Shown: in pieces, positions 1 through 9,306 of the stretch
Layout of the letters: every line of letters begins with the position of its first letter
Position numbering within the stretch: position 1 is the stretch's first letter
Assembly (NCBI GenBank): GCA_963727775.1
Contig: CAVSHB010000001.1
Coordinates: 1,056,001 to 1,120,000, forward strand
Length of the DNA stretch: 64,000 nucleotides
DNA from: an uncultured Nitrospiraceae bacterium
GTDB lineage: Bacteria; Nitrospirota; Thermodesulfovibrionia; Thermodesulfovibrionales; SM23-35
Direction of reading: 5' to 3'
The notes under the pieces: model-generated
The model's input: only the letters and a program-made list of their open reading frames with translations
Databases searched by the model: none
Told to the model about the DNA's origin: nothing
Position numbers and translations under genes: made by a program

Positions 1-358
1 CCCAGACGCGCCTCCCTCTCTTGAGGCTTCCTGCAGTATCAATAATCGCAATGTCTTTATCAAGGAATGGCTGAAACCATGCAAAGGCCTCTTTGTTCTG
101 TAAAAGTCTATATTCGGGCCCCACAACGCCCAGGATTGCATTATCAGTTTTTCGACAAGTTGCATAGTAATCATCTATCCCAAGTACGGCTCCTCTCTTG
201 TCCTGAGTAAATATCTCTCTAAGCTCAACCTCCCAGTCCAGTCCTGCCGCAACTATAGCCGCCTCAAGGCTAAGGTTCGTTCCTTCCGGAAATGATACTC
301 CCAGACTATGCCAAGGCTTTGCCCCCACAAAGAATCCACTCTCGAACTCATGTCCCAT
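1..358 (-). CDS. DUF932 / TIGR03299-type phage/plasmid-like protein (partial, runs off left edge; not in ORF track)
   Basis: Manual translation MGHEFESGFFVGAKPWHSLG...AGLDWEV...LGVVGPEYRLLQNKEAF...TAGSLKRGRRVW matches the family motifs PWHxLG, AGLDWEV, QNxEAF and TAGSL; GGAGG RBS upstream. Confidence 0.8.
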   Translation of the reverse strand, partial: MGHEFESGFFVGAKPWHSLGVSFPEGTNLSLEAAIVAAGLDWEVELREIFTQDKRGAVLGIDDYYATCRKTDNAILGVVGPEYRLLQNKEAFAWFQPFLDKDIAIIDTAGSLKRGRRVW

Positions 359-550
359 AGTTCCCTCCTCGACGAATACGGTTTTCCCTAACTAATGTTC
401 TATCTCCAATAGACGGTGTAAACCCCCACTTGATGTTTTTTTGCATTTCTAACAGATTAACACGAATATTGTAGATAGTCTATGCATTATGTTAAATAAT
501 ATGACGATAGTCTATTAATATTCTTCATAAAAGTATCATATCCTCTATCC

Positions 551-925
551 ATGGATATGACAGAACTGTTGAAGGGTATCGGACAAAAAATTAGGACTAT
601 ACGAAAAGCGAAAGAAATCTCCCAAGAACGGATAGCAGAATTGGCTGGTCTTCATCCGACTTATATCAGCCATATTGAACAGGGCAAAGTAAATGCATCA
701 ATTTACAGTTACTACATGGTGGCAAAGGCACTAAAAGTTCCTCTTTCTGAGATTGTGGATATTCCGGTAAAGCCAAAAGACCGAAGACTCGCCAATGACC
801 TTGCGGTTATCACTGGCCTTGTGAGAGAGCTCGACAGAAACAGGCAAACGATATTCTTGTCTGTAGCAAAAGGTTCTCTCGACGCTATCAGAGGATTACC
901 AACTCGTAAAGCCTCAAAAAAATAA
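551..925 (+). CDS. XRE-family HTH transcriptional regulator
   Basis: IGQKIRTIRKAKEISQERIAELAGLHPTYISHIEQG HTH_3 signature; divergent from the DUF932 gene. Confidence 0.9.
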   Translation: MDMTELLKGIGQKIRTIRKAKEISQERIAELAGLHPTYISHIEQGKVNASIYSYYMVAKALKVPLSEIVDIPVKPKDRRLANDLAVITGLVRELDRNRQTIFLSVAKGSLDAIRGLPTRKASKK

Positions 926-1377
926 GATCTTCGCTGCACTCACCGTGCTGTAGGAGATTTCATCTGCGATATCAGATACCCGGACATGTCCATAAATCAG
1001 ATGTATAGTGGACACCTAAATGTTATGCCGCGAATCCACATTCATCAAGCAATCCATCCCGAAAATTTGCGAGGGTTTTATGGACAAGAGATGGATCGAG
1101 ACCTGTGTGCGTTTCATTGGGAAAGAGACACTACTTTCTCAAATTGTCAGGTATTGCTAACACCTACGAACAAACGTTTTTAGATGTGCCGAAGTTTTAT
1201 TGATTTCTTCATCAAATGTGCACTTCTGACATTTTGCATCAAGTGTGGAGTATTCTTGAAAATGCGCGAACTCAAGCGTGGTTGAATTTCGAACTGTGTC
1301 TATAGTTGCACTATTGGATGCATCTTGCACATGTTAGATGCCGAATTATAAGATCATCTCGAATCTACTTCCAGCAT

Positions 1378-4300
1378 TTATTTCCTCAAAACTTCTCTTA
1401 TTTTTTGTAAAAGCTTAGTCGGTGAAGCAGGTTTTTCGATATACGCGAACTCCTTTTCGATGATCCCGTGTTTGTGAATGATGTCCGCCGGATAACCGCT
1501 CATAAAGAGCACCTTAATGCCGGGTCTTATTTGCTTTATCTCATCATACACCTCTTTGCCGTTCTTGTTCGGCATTATTACATCAAGGAGTACGAACTGA
1601 ATTTTATCCTCATTCTCCTTAAATCTATTAACCGCATCCTGACCATCTATTGCCTCTATTACCGTATATCCGTTTTCCTCAAGCAATTCTCTTGTGAATT
1701 CCCTCACCGCCGTCTCATCCTCTGCCAGGAGCACTGTCTCAGTTCCTCTTTCGATATGGTGTATAACTTCTTTGGGTTCTATCTCTTCCGCCTTTGCCTG
1801 TATCAACGGTAAATATATCCTGAATGTGGTTCCTATCCCCGGTTCACTGTAAACATTGATATATCCTTCGTTCTGTTTGATGATACCGTATACCATGGCA
1901 AGCCCCAGTCCCGTACCTTTTCCGACTTCTTTGGTCGTAAAGAAGGGTTCAAATATCTTCTCCCTTGTCTCCCTAGCCATACCGGAGCCTGTATCTGTAA
2001 ACGATATAAGAGCATATTTTCCTTCCTTTCCAAAGCCGTGCTCTCTTATGTATTCATGATCAATATCAGCCGTTTCAGCCCGGATAGTCAAAAGACCGCC
2101 TCCGGGCATTGCGTCCTTTGCATTGGTTGCAAGGTTCATCAATACCTGCTCTATCTGCCCGGGGTCAACCATAACGATCAGGTCGTTCTCTGAAAGCATT
2201 GTCTGTAATCGAATGTCCTCCCCGATAATCCTTGATAGTAAATGATCTATCCTTCGGATAATCCCATTGAGATCTACCGGCCTTGGATTGATTATCTGTT
2301 TCCTGCCGAAGGCAACAAGGCTTTTTGTCAAATTAGCTGCTTTATCTGATAAGGAAAGTATATGATCGGCATAATTCCTTAAAAGGTCTTCTTCCTTCAG
2401 CTTCATTTTCAGCAGGTGACCATATCCTATCATCGCGGTGAGGATATTATTGAAGTCGTGAGCAATGCCACCTGCAAGCTGTCCGACAGCCTCCATCTTC
2501 TGGGCCTGAAGAAACTGGGAATACAGCTTTTCCTTCTCATACTCTACCTGCCTTCTGACAATGATTCCTGCCAGTGTATCTGCAACAGTGCGTAGGAATT
2601 CTTCCTCTTTCTTGTCTCTTATATGACCTTCTTTCAGATAGATATTCAGGACTCCCAGCGTTCTGCCGCTGAACAAAATGGGCACAGAATATTGACCGTG
2701 AGGCTGTATCCCTTTGTAGCAGATTTCATGACGTTCATCGATGTGATCTGCAAACTCAATTTTTTGAGACTGCGCAGCCTTTCCGCAAAGGCATTTTCCA
2801 AAAGGAACTCGCGCACATAGTTTTTTCGAAGGTTCGTCAAGATTGCTTTGAGCTTTCATTACCAAAACATCTGCCTCATCTTCCACGAGGGATATACTGC
2901 CGACTGATTCAAAGGTAATCCAGGGAATTGCCAGTATCATATTCAATGCCTTCTGTAAGATTTCTTCTAATGGTATATTTTCCAGTGATTCGCTCAGAAT
3001 CACATTAATCGCAGACTGGCTAAAGTAGTTATCATGGAGTTCCGCTTCTGATACCCTCAGCGCATCCTCCGCTTTCTTGCGCTTAGTGATGTCCCTGATA
3101 ATACCTACAGCACACCATTTATTATCAATTTGAGTTGCCGAAACGGAAAGGTCAATCGGGAACTCGGTTCCGTCTTTTCTGATAGCGCTTAATTCAAGCG
3201 TTTTCCCTGTGACTGGTCCCTGCCCTGTTTCTTTGAACCTTTCGAAACCTTTTTTGAAGTCTTTATGGTACCGCTCGGGAACAAGTAAATTATGCAAATC
3301 CTTCCCTATTGTTTCATTGTTTGTATACCCAAACACTTTTTCGGCTGAAGGATTCCAGTAAGTTATTTTGCCGTCATTATCCATGAGGAGAATGGCATCA
3401 GCTGCTGTATTGCTGATCGAACGGAATTTTACTTCACTCGTTTTTAATGCTTTCTCAGCTTTCTTGCGTTCTGTAATGTCGCGGGCTATACTAAGGATTA
3501 ATTTCTTGCCTCCCACTTCAATCAAGCGGGCACGTACTTCAACCGACATAAAAGATCCATCTTTACATATGTGAGCAGATTCAAAGGTTGCTTCACCTTT
3601 TTCCATCAGTTCTGTGATTCTTGGCTTAATGAGAGGTGCATAGTCTGAGACGACAAAATCATGAAGGTTTATTGCCATCAATTCATCTTCAGTATATCCA
3701 CGAGATTTATAGGCCGCTTCATTTGCGTAAACGAACTTCCCATCAAAATCGTGTAAGTAGATTGAATCATTAGCTGCATTAAGAAGTTGTGCTCTTAATT
3801 TCAGAGATTCCTCCGCACGCTTGCGCTCGGTAATGTCATTGAATGTGACAATGAATTTGTTTGCCAGAAAAGCGGCGTAAAGCTCGCAAATGCGGACCGA
3901 ACCATCTCGGCAGGTAACCCGATACTCGCCAGTGTTAATTGTTTTGCCTGACGAGTGTGCCTTTTCCAGCATAGGTTTCCACCGCTTAATCACCTCGCGT
4001 CGGTAATTGGGATCCGGGTACGCTATCTGATACCACTCAGCTGCGGTAGCCCCGGTATGTCCGAAAAGGGTAAGGGCGCTGCGACTCCAGAAATCAATCT
4101 TGTTATCCTCAAGATCGACCAAGGCAATGGGGAACGGTGTCGCATCGAGAATAGCGCGGAGTTGTGCATCGCTCGCACGCAAAGCCTCCTCTGCCTGCCT
4201 TCGCTCTGTGACGTCGCGGAATATCCAGATCCTTCCGAAATACGTTCCATCTTTTCCGATAACCGGGGCAGAGTACCTGTCCAGGATCGTTCCATCCTTA

Positions 4301-4974
4301 AACTCCAGTTCTTCTTGACTGGTTTCATTCGGATGAGTATAAAGATAGATGACCTTTTCGACGAACTTTTGCGGATCCTTGGCCCTGTTCATGACGAATT
4401 CGACTTGTTGTTTATCGTCGCGATTGTCAACGATATGCTGTGGAATCTTCCACAAATCGATACATCGCTGATTCTGAATGACCTTGTTTCCTTTTTCGTC
4501 AACGATCAAAATGCCATCTATGGTAGCGTTTAACTGAGCTTCGAGGAGGGCTGTTTTCCAATGCGTTTCCAACTCTACCCGCTTGCGTTCTCTTATCTGC
4601 TTAGCTTCTTCCAATGCCCGATTTACCGAGGGAACAAGACGCTTTAAATTGTTTTTTAATACATAATCAGTTGCACCTTCCTTGAGTTTTTTAATTGCAA
4701 ATTCCTCTCCGAGTTTCCCGGTAACTAAGATAAAAGGCACATCAGGGCACTTTTCCTTTGCAATTCTTAATGCTGCAAGACCATCAAAAGAAGGAAGTTT
4801 ATAGTCCGACAGAATAAGATCAGGAAGAAATTCTTCAAGTGCTTCCAGAAAGGCTTCTCTTGTATCTACAATCTTTGAGGTGAATACCAATCCGGCGTTT
4901 CTTAATTCATGCTCTTCTAATTCAGCGTCAGCAGGAACATTTTCGAGGATAAGTATGCGGAGTTCTTTGTCCAT
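1378..4974 (-). CDS. Hybrid sensor histidine kinase (REC-PASx4-GAF-HisKA-HATPase-REC)
   Basis: N-terminal REC (ILSDY), PAS/PAC repeats, H-box AHDFNN, G-boxes GKGTGLGL, C-terminal REC (LLDVIMP); ATG at 4974 preferred. Confidence 0.92.
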   Translation of the reverse strand: MDKELRILILENVPADAELEEHELRNAGLVFTSKIVDTREAFLEALEEFLPDLILSDYKLPSFDGLAALRIAKEKCPDVPFILVTGKLGEEFAIKKLKEGATDYVLKNNLKRLVPSVNRALEEAKQIRERKRVELETHWKTALLEAQLNATIDGILIVDEKGNKVIQNQRCIDLWKIPQHIVDNRDDKQQVEFVMNRAKDPQKFVEKVIYLYTHPNETSQEELEFKDGTILDRYSAPVIGKDGTYFGRIWIFRDVTERRQAEEALRASDAQLRAILDATPFPIALVDLEDNKIDFWSRSALTLFGHTGATAAEWYQIAYPDPNYRREVIKRWKPMLEKAHSSGKTINTGEYRVTCRDGSVRICELYAAFLANKFIVTFNDITERKRAEESLKLRAQLLNAANDSIYLHDFDGKFVYANEAAYKSRGYTEDELMAINLHDFVVSDYAPLIKPRITELMEKGEATFESAHICKDGSFMSVEVRARLIEVGGKKLILSIARDITERKKAEKALKTSEVKFRSISNTAADAILLMDNDGKITYWNPSAEKVFGYTNNETIGKDLHNLLVPERYHKDFKKGFERFKETGQGPVTGKTLELSAIRKDGTEFPIDLSVSATQIDNKWCAVGIIRDITKRKKAEDALRVSEAELHDNYFSQSAINVILSESLENIPLEEILQKALNMILAIPWITFESVGSISLVEDEADVLVMKAQSNLDEPSKKLCARVPFGKCLCGKAAQSQKIEFADHIDERHEICYKGIQPHGQYSVPILFSGRTLGVLNIYLKEGHIRDKKEEEFLRTVADTLAGIIVRRQVEYEKEKLYSQFLQAQKMEAVGQLAGGIAHDFNNILTAMIGYGHLLKMKLKEEDLLRNYADHILSLSDKAANLTKSLVAFGRKQIINPRPVDLNGIIRRIDHLLSRIIGEDIRLQTMLSENDLIVMVDPGQIEQVLMNLATNAKDAMPGGGLLTIRAETADIDHEYIREHGFGKEGKYALISFTDTGSGMARETREKIFEPFFTTKEVGKGTGLGLAMVYGIIKQNEGYINVYSEPGIGTTFRIYLPLIQAKAEEIEPKEVIHHIERGTETVLLAEDETAVREFTRELLEENGYTVIEAIDGQDAVNRFKENEDKIQFVLLDVIMPNKNGKEVYDEIKQIRPGIKVLFMSGYPADIIHKHGIIEKEFAYIEKPASPTKLLQKIREVLRK

Positions 4975-5254
4975 AACCCCTTTTTCCCTCAGTCGCACTT
5001 TATATCTACGACAATTTTTTATGGAGAAAGCAGATACACTATTACTGTCTATTTACAATTGTACCATGAACAATCGCAATAATATCTTTAACCGTTTGTT
5101 ACATGAAGACATTGCCAGGTTTAAAAACTGTTGCGGGCGTTGCCTTCTATGTGAACTGTGGTGCTTTACGGCGACTCGTTGGCGCGTTGATTACAGGAAG
5201 ATCTAAACGTAGATCAGAAACCACTAAAAAGTGTGCAGTTTACCTGATAGCTCA

Positions 5255-5878
5255 TTAGCAGCTAACTACACTCATTTGCTCCTTCAGGATTTTCCCAACG
5301 AAACTTTTTGACAATTTTGTCTTCTCTGCGATAGTTCGTATTGACAGTAACGGATCTTGTGTATGTAATCGTATTGCTTTCTCAATGTCAATAGGCGCAA
5401 CTGGCTTTCTGCCTAATCTCTTGCCCTTCCTCCGCGCATTCTCAAGGCCAGCCTTTACTCTTTCCCGGATAAGCTCCCGCTCAAATTCAGCCATAGACCC
5501 GATAATGTGAAACATAAGCCTTCCCTGGGGTGTTGTGAGGTCTAAGTTGTCCTGATACGATATAAATCCCACCCCGAGGCTCGAAAGCTCCTCAAGGGCC
5601 ATTACAAGCTGTTTCAGGCTCCTTCCGAATCGGTCCAGTTTCCACACTATTACAAGATCAACCTGCCTTTTCCTTGCGGCCTCAATGAGCCTATCAAGCT
5701 GAGGTCTTCGTTCCTTAGTTCCGGAGATGCCATTATCAACGTATTCCCCGGCTATGGTGAATCCTCTCCTTTGACAATACTCCCGAAGAGGCACAAGCTG
5801 AAGTTCAGGGTCTTGACCTTTATCGTGGGTTGAACAGCGGGCATATATTGCAGCTCTGACTTCCTTTTTCATTTTCAT
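5255..5878 (-). CDS. Small serine recombinase (resolvase/invertase) with C-terminal HTH
   Basis: YARCST catalytic Ser, KLDRFGRS, AEFERELIRERVKAG motifs. Confidence 0.93.
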   Translation of the reverse strand: MKMKKEVRAAIYARCSTHDKGQDPELQLVPLREYCQRRGFTIAGEYVDNGISGTKERRPQLDRLIEAARKRQVDLVIVWKLDRFGRSLKQLVMALEELSSLGVGFISYQDNLDLTTPQGRLMFHIIGSMAEFERELIRERVKAGLENARRKGKRLGRKPVAPIDIEKAIRLHTQDPLLSIRTIAEKTKLSKSFVGKILKEQMSVVSC

Positions 5879-5900
5879 TCTCCTTTTCGTTCGCGTAACC

Positions 5901-5986
5901 TGCTATTATATTAATACGATAGCAATATGATTCCAATATGTCAATAGTTTGTAGTATTGAAATGCTATCACGATAATGTTATTATT
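5901..5986. promoter_or_regulatory. Back-to-back sigma70 promoters with repeated TGCTAT/ATAGCA boxes
   Basis: Minus strand TTGACA-N17-TATCGT toward the resolvase; plus strand TTGAAA-N17-TATTAT toward the RHH gene; TGCTAT at 5901 and 5963, ATAGCA at 5919. Confidence 0.6.
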
Positions 5987-6003
5987 TTTCAGGAGGAAAC
6001 AAC

Positions 6004-6177
6004 ATGGTCAGAGAGAGGCTGTCAATAATGCGGAAGTCTTTCGGATTTAGGATTAATGTTGAATTAGCAAAGCAACTGAAGATTCTTGCTGTCGGTCAGG
6101 ATAAAGCTGTCAATGTTATCCTCGAAGAAGCGATAGAGGACTTACTGAAGAAGTATTCAAGGAAGGGCAGCAAATAA
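6004..6177 (+). CDS. Ribbon-helix-helix protein, 57 aa (not in ORF track)
   Basis: MVRERLSIMRKSFGFRINVELAKQLKILAVGQDKAVNVILEEAIEDLLKKY; strong AGGAGG RBS. Confidence 0.8.
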   Translation: MVRERLSIMRKSFGFRINVELAKQLKILAVGQDKAVNVILEEAIEDLLKKYSRKGSK

Positions 6178-6211
6178 GGCAAACTTCCATAAAAATAGAA
6201 TTATATTCTTG

Positions 6212-6240
6212 TTGTCAATAGAACATCCGTCAGGTATAAT
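6212..6240 (+). promoter_or_regulatory. sigma70 promoter for HU gene
   Basis: TTGTCA-N17-TATAAT. Confidence 0.7.
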
Positions 6241-6272
6241 TTCTCTCAACCAATTTTAACGGAGGGGACTCT

Positions 6273-6545
6273 ATGAAAAAAGCAGACTTTATCGAAAGAA
6301 TGGCAAAAGAGGCAAAGATTGCCAAGAAAGCAGCAGGAAAGGCACTCGATACATTTCTTGATGAAATCAAGAAGACATTAAAGAAGGGAAGCAAAGTGAG
6401 CCTTATCGGTTTCGGAACATTCCATGTTGGCAAAAGGAAAGCAAGAACAGGCAGGAATCCGAAAACAGGAGCAGCAATAAAAATCCTTGCCAGAAAGATT
6501 CCAAAATTTAAGGCGGGTAAGGCTTTTAAGGATCTATTGAAATAG
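6273..6545 (+). CDS. hup: HU family DNA-binding protein
   Basis: GFGTF...RTGRNPKTG...PKFKAG signature. Confidence 0.95.
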   Translation: MKKADFIERMAKEAKIAKKAAGKALDTFLDEIKKTLKKGSKVSLIGFGTFHVGKRKARTGRNPKTGAAIKILARKIPKFKAGKAFKDLLK

Positions 6546-6556
6546 TTTTATGTAAA

Positions 6557-6584
6557 GGGGGTATGGTCAGCCATACTCCCTTTT
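6557..6584 (+). terminator. Rho-independent terminator
   Basis: GGGGGTATGG-TCAG-CCATACTCCC hairpin followed by TTTT, just after the HU stop. Confidence 0.8.
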
Positions 6585-6595
6585 ATTACATTAGC

Positions 6596-6760
6596 CTAAA
6601 GAAAATTATAATGCTTCCTGACAGGTTCTTTTATATCCCATACACAAGACAGCCCCTTGGGGAATGTAACAAAGTCCCCAGCTTCTAATTCGACCTTGCC
6701 GTCTTTGGTCTCCACAACAACTTTACCCTCAAGTAGGTAGCACTCTTCAATACTGCTCAT
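6596..6760 (-). pseudogene. N-terminally truncated cupin (DUF861/Cupin_3-like)
   Basis: EECYLLEGKVVVETKDGKVELEAGDFVTFPKGLSCVWDIKEPVRKHY; only 54 aa and lacking the usual N-terminal third. Confidence 0.65.
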
Positions 6761-6846
6761 CCATTATTAATAATAAAACAAAACACATTATAATTGATGA
6801 GGTAGCTTGGGAATTTATCAGTAGGTTAAAAACAGGAGGACAAAAT

Positions 6847-7395
6847 ATGCAGAAGATTACATCCTATATAGTGATTTTGCTCTTATCGCTATTCTTCATT
6901 GCCTGTTCAAACACTCAAGCCATAGAACTGACACTCAATAACACCCCTGCCCAAGTATACTTCAGCCCCAATGCTGGTGCTACGGATGCGGTTGTAAAGG
7001 AAATAGGCAAGGCCAAGTCTGAGATTTTAGTTCAGGCATACAGCTTCACAAGCATGGAAATCGCAAAGGCTCTTGTAGATGCCCATAAAAAAGGAGTTCA
7101 TACGGAAATCATCCTTGATAAAAGCAACAGGTCACAAAAATATTCCGCTGCTGATTTTACTCGCAATATGGGTATCCCCACCTTTATTGATGCCAAACAT
7201 CAAATTGCCCATAACAAGATTATGATAATAGACAAGGAGACTGTCATTACCGGCAGTTTCAACTTCACCAAAGCTGCTGAAGAAAAGAATGCCGAGAACT
7301 TATTAATTTTGAAAAACAAGGAACTCGCAAAGCTGTATATTGATAATTGGAACAGGCATAAGGGGCATTCTGAGGAATATGGGGGGAGGGAATAG
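6847..7395 (+). CDS. Phospholipase D family nuclease (Nuc-like), probable lipoprotein
   Basis: Single HNKIMIID...GSFNFT HKD motif; hydrophobic leader ending FIAC. Confidence 0.9.
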   Translation: MQKITSYIVILLLSLFFIACSNTQAIELTLNNTPAQVYFSPNAGATDAVVKEIGKAKSEILVQAYSFTSMEIAKALVDAHKKGVHTEIILDKSNRSQKYSAADFTRNMGIPTFIDAKHQIAHNKIMIIDKETVITGSFNFTKAAEEKNAENLLILKNKELAKLYIDNWNRHKGHSEEYGGRE

Positions 7396-7430
7396 TGGAT
7401 ATTTACAAATGAAATTGGAAAATCAGGGTA

Positions 7431-8186
7431 CTATTTGGGCACTGGAGTTTTAACATAATGCAATCCTGTCCAGATTAATACAATTGCAAATATCACACGC
7501 AAGGTATTATCAGGAAGTAAGTGAGCAAGGGTTCCTCCCACATATGTACCTACAAGAATTCCTGGGATAAGACCAATAAGGAGATTTGTTGTAACATTCC
7601 CCAATTTCCAATGCGTGTAGGCTCCGACTCCGCCAGCAGGAATCATTGCGAGCAGCGAGATTCCCTGTGCTGTATGTTGCCCGATACCAGCCAGAAGAAC
7701 CATTGCTGGAACCATGACTGTCCCTCCGCCAACTCCCATCATACCTGATAAAAAGCCTGTAAAAATACCTGTTATTAACAGTACAATAATTTTGAGGAAA
7801 CCCGTAGCAGATACCATGATAAATGATAAATAGGGTTTTAAAAGCAAGAGTGCCGAGACAAAAATTAAGAAAGCTCCGAATACCCGCTTTAATTTCCATT
7901 CAGGGAGTGCATGAGCATACTGTGCTCCTGCCCGTGCCGTAAATATTGCCGTTGTTGCAATGAGTATAGAGGCAACCACATCAATAGAACCTTTTAAGGC
8001 ATAAGTTATTGCTCCGCTAATGCCTGTAAAAACAAGGGCTACCAGACTGGTACCATGTGCCTTGTGTTGACTCATCTTTAAGAATCCGACCATCAGGGGA
8101 ATCATAACTACTCCCCCTCCGAGACCAACAAGTCCACCAAAGATTCCAGCAATGAGTCCGATTAGTAAACTGCCTATATGGAGCAT
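7431..8186 (-). CDS. TauE/SafE sulfite exporter family protein
   Basis: Duplicated GLGGG/GVGGG..VP motifs, AHGTSL, multiple TM helices. Confidence 0.9.
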   Translation of the reverse strand: MLHIGSLLIGLIAGIFGGLVGLGGGVVMIPLMVGFLKMSQHKAHGTSLVALVFTGISGAITYALKGSIDVVASILIATTAIFTARAGAQYAHALPEWKLKRVFGAFLIFVSALLLLKPYLSFIMVSATGFLKIIVLLITGIFTGFLSGMMGVGGGTVMVPAMVLLAGIGQHTAQGISLLAMIPAGGVGAYTHWKLGNVTTNLLIGLIPGILVGTYVGGTLAHLLPDNTLRVIFAIVLIWTGLHYVKTPVPK

Positions 8187-8269
8187 GAATTAATTTTATC
8201 ATTAAAAAGGAAAAGGATTATCTTATAATTCTCAGTAGGTCATTATTAAAGGAGGCAGGATAAAAAATC

Positions 8270-8755
8270 ATGAAACAAATAACATTTCAACCAATCGGCA
8301 CAATCCACACTCCCTTTAAGGATCCAAAAGATATGCCTATACAGGCAAAAGGTGGAAAGGGCATCAAAGGAACTATAAAAATTAAACCCGCATTTGCTGA
8401 AGGACTAAAAGATATCAGGGGGTTCTCACATATTATATTGATTTATAACTTCCATCGTTCAAACGGATATTCTCTGGTGGTTAAGCCATTTTTGGATGAT
8501 AAGTTGCGTGGAGTATTTGCAACGAGGGCACCCAAACGTCCAAATCCGATAGGGATATCAGTTGTCAGGCTCAAGAAAGTGGAAGGTAGCATTCTGCATA
8601 TCGAGGACGTAGATATCGTGGACGGGACTCCATTATTGGATATAAAGCCGTATATCCCCGATGTTGATGTGTTTAAAGCAACACGTATCGGGTGGCTCTC
8701 CAAGAAGACAAAGGGGTTCAGGAAGGCTAAAGCGGATGCGAGGTTTAAAGCATAG
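8270..8755 (+). CDS. trmO: tRNA (t6A37)-N6-methyltransferase TrmO/TsaA family
   Basis: GVFATRAPKRPNPIG and DGTPLLDIKPY motifs. Confidence 0.9.
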   Translation: MKQITFQPIGTIHTPFKDPKDMPIQAKGGKGIKGTIKIKPAFAEGLKDIRGFSHIILIYNFHRSNGYSLVVKPFLDDKLRGVFATRAPKRPNPIGISVVRLKKVEGSILHIEDVDIVDGTPLLDIKPYIPDVDVFKATRIGWLSKKTKGFRKAKADARFKA

Positions 8756-8800
8756 ACTATCTTTTTAGAAATTTTACTAATTCTATTTACGGAGGATTAT

Positions 8801-9217
8801 ATGGTTTCAACAGATACAATCTCTTTAATTACAAAAGGCTTTAGCGATGTGCTTGATATTACCGATAAGGTTACAGCAATTATCGCAAAGTCGGGGATTC
8901 AGAATGGTTTGGTAAATGTTTTCTGCTCGGGATCCACAGGAAGCATTACCACTATTGAATTTGAATCAGGTGTCATTAATGATTTGAAGAAAGCCATTGA
9001 AAAGATTGTTCCTTCAAATATCCCCTATGAACATGACAAGAGATGGGGAGACGGTAATGGCTTTTCTCATGTGAGGGCAGCTCTCATGAAACCTTCCCTT
9101 ACAGTCCCTATTGTCAACGGGAAACTGACTCTGGGTACATGGCAGCAGATAGTCTTTATGGATTTTGATAATCGGAGTAGGGATAGGAAGGTTGTTGTTC
9201 AGGTTGTGGGGGAGTAA
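8801..9217 (+). CDS. yjbQ: YjbQ / UPF0047 family protein
   Basis: DGNGFSHVRA and LGTWQQI motifs. Confidence 0.9.
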   Translation: MVSTDTISLITKGFSDVLDITDKVTAIIAKSGIQNGLVNVFCSGSTGSITTIEFESGVINDLKKAIEKIVPSNIPYEHDKRWGDGNGFSHVRAALMKPSLTVPIVNGKLTLGTWQQIVFMDFDNRSRDRKVVVQVVGE

Positions 9218-9306
9218 GAAGATCTTTGTTACACCTACTATGCTTTTAAAACAATAGAAGACGATCAATGATGATATACACGAGAAACAAAAGAAATAAT
9301 TAACCT

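Noticed and set aside
551..925. Restriction-modification controller (C) protein
   Set aside because: The HTH is C-protein-like, but no methyltransferase or restriction gene is adjacent.
926..1377. ORF 986-1183 and possible attC-like sites
   Set aside because: No RBS or family motif, and the AAC/GTT ends lack paired L boxes.
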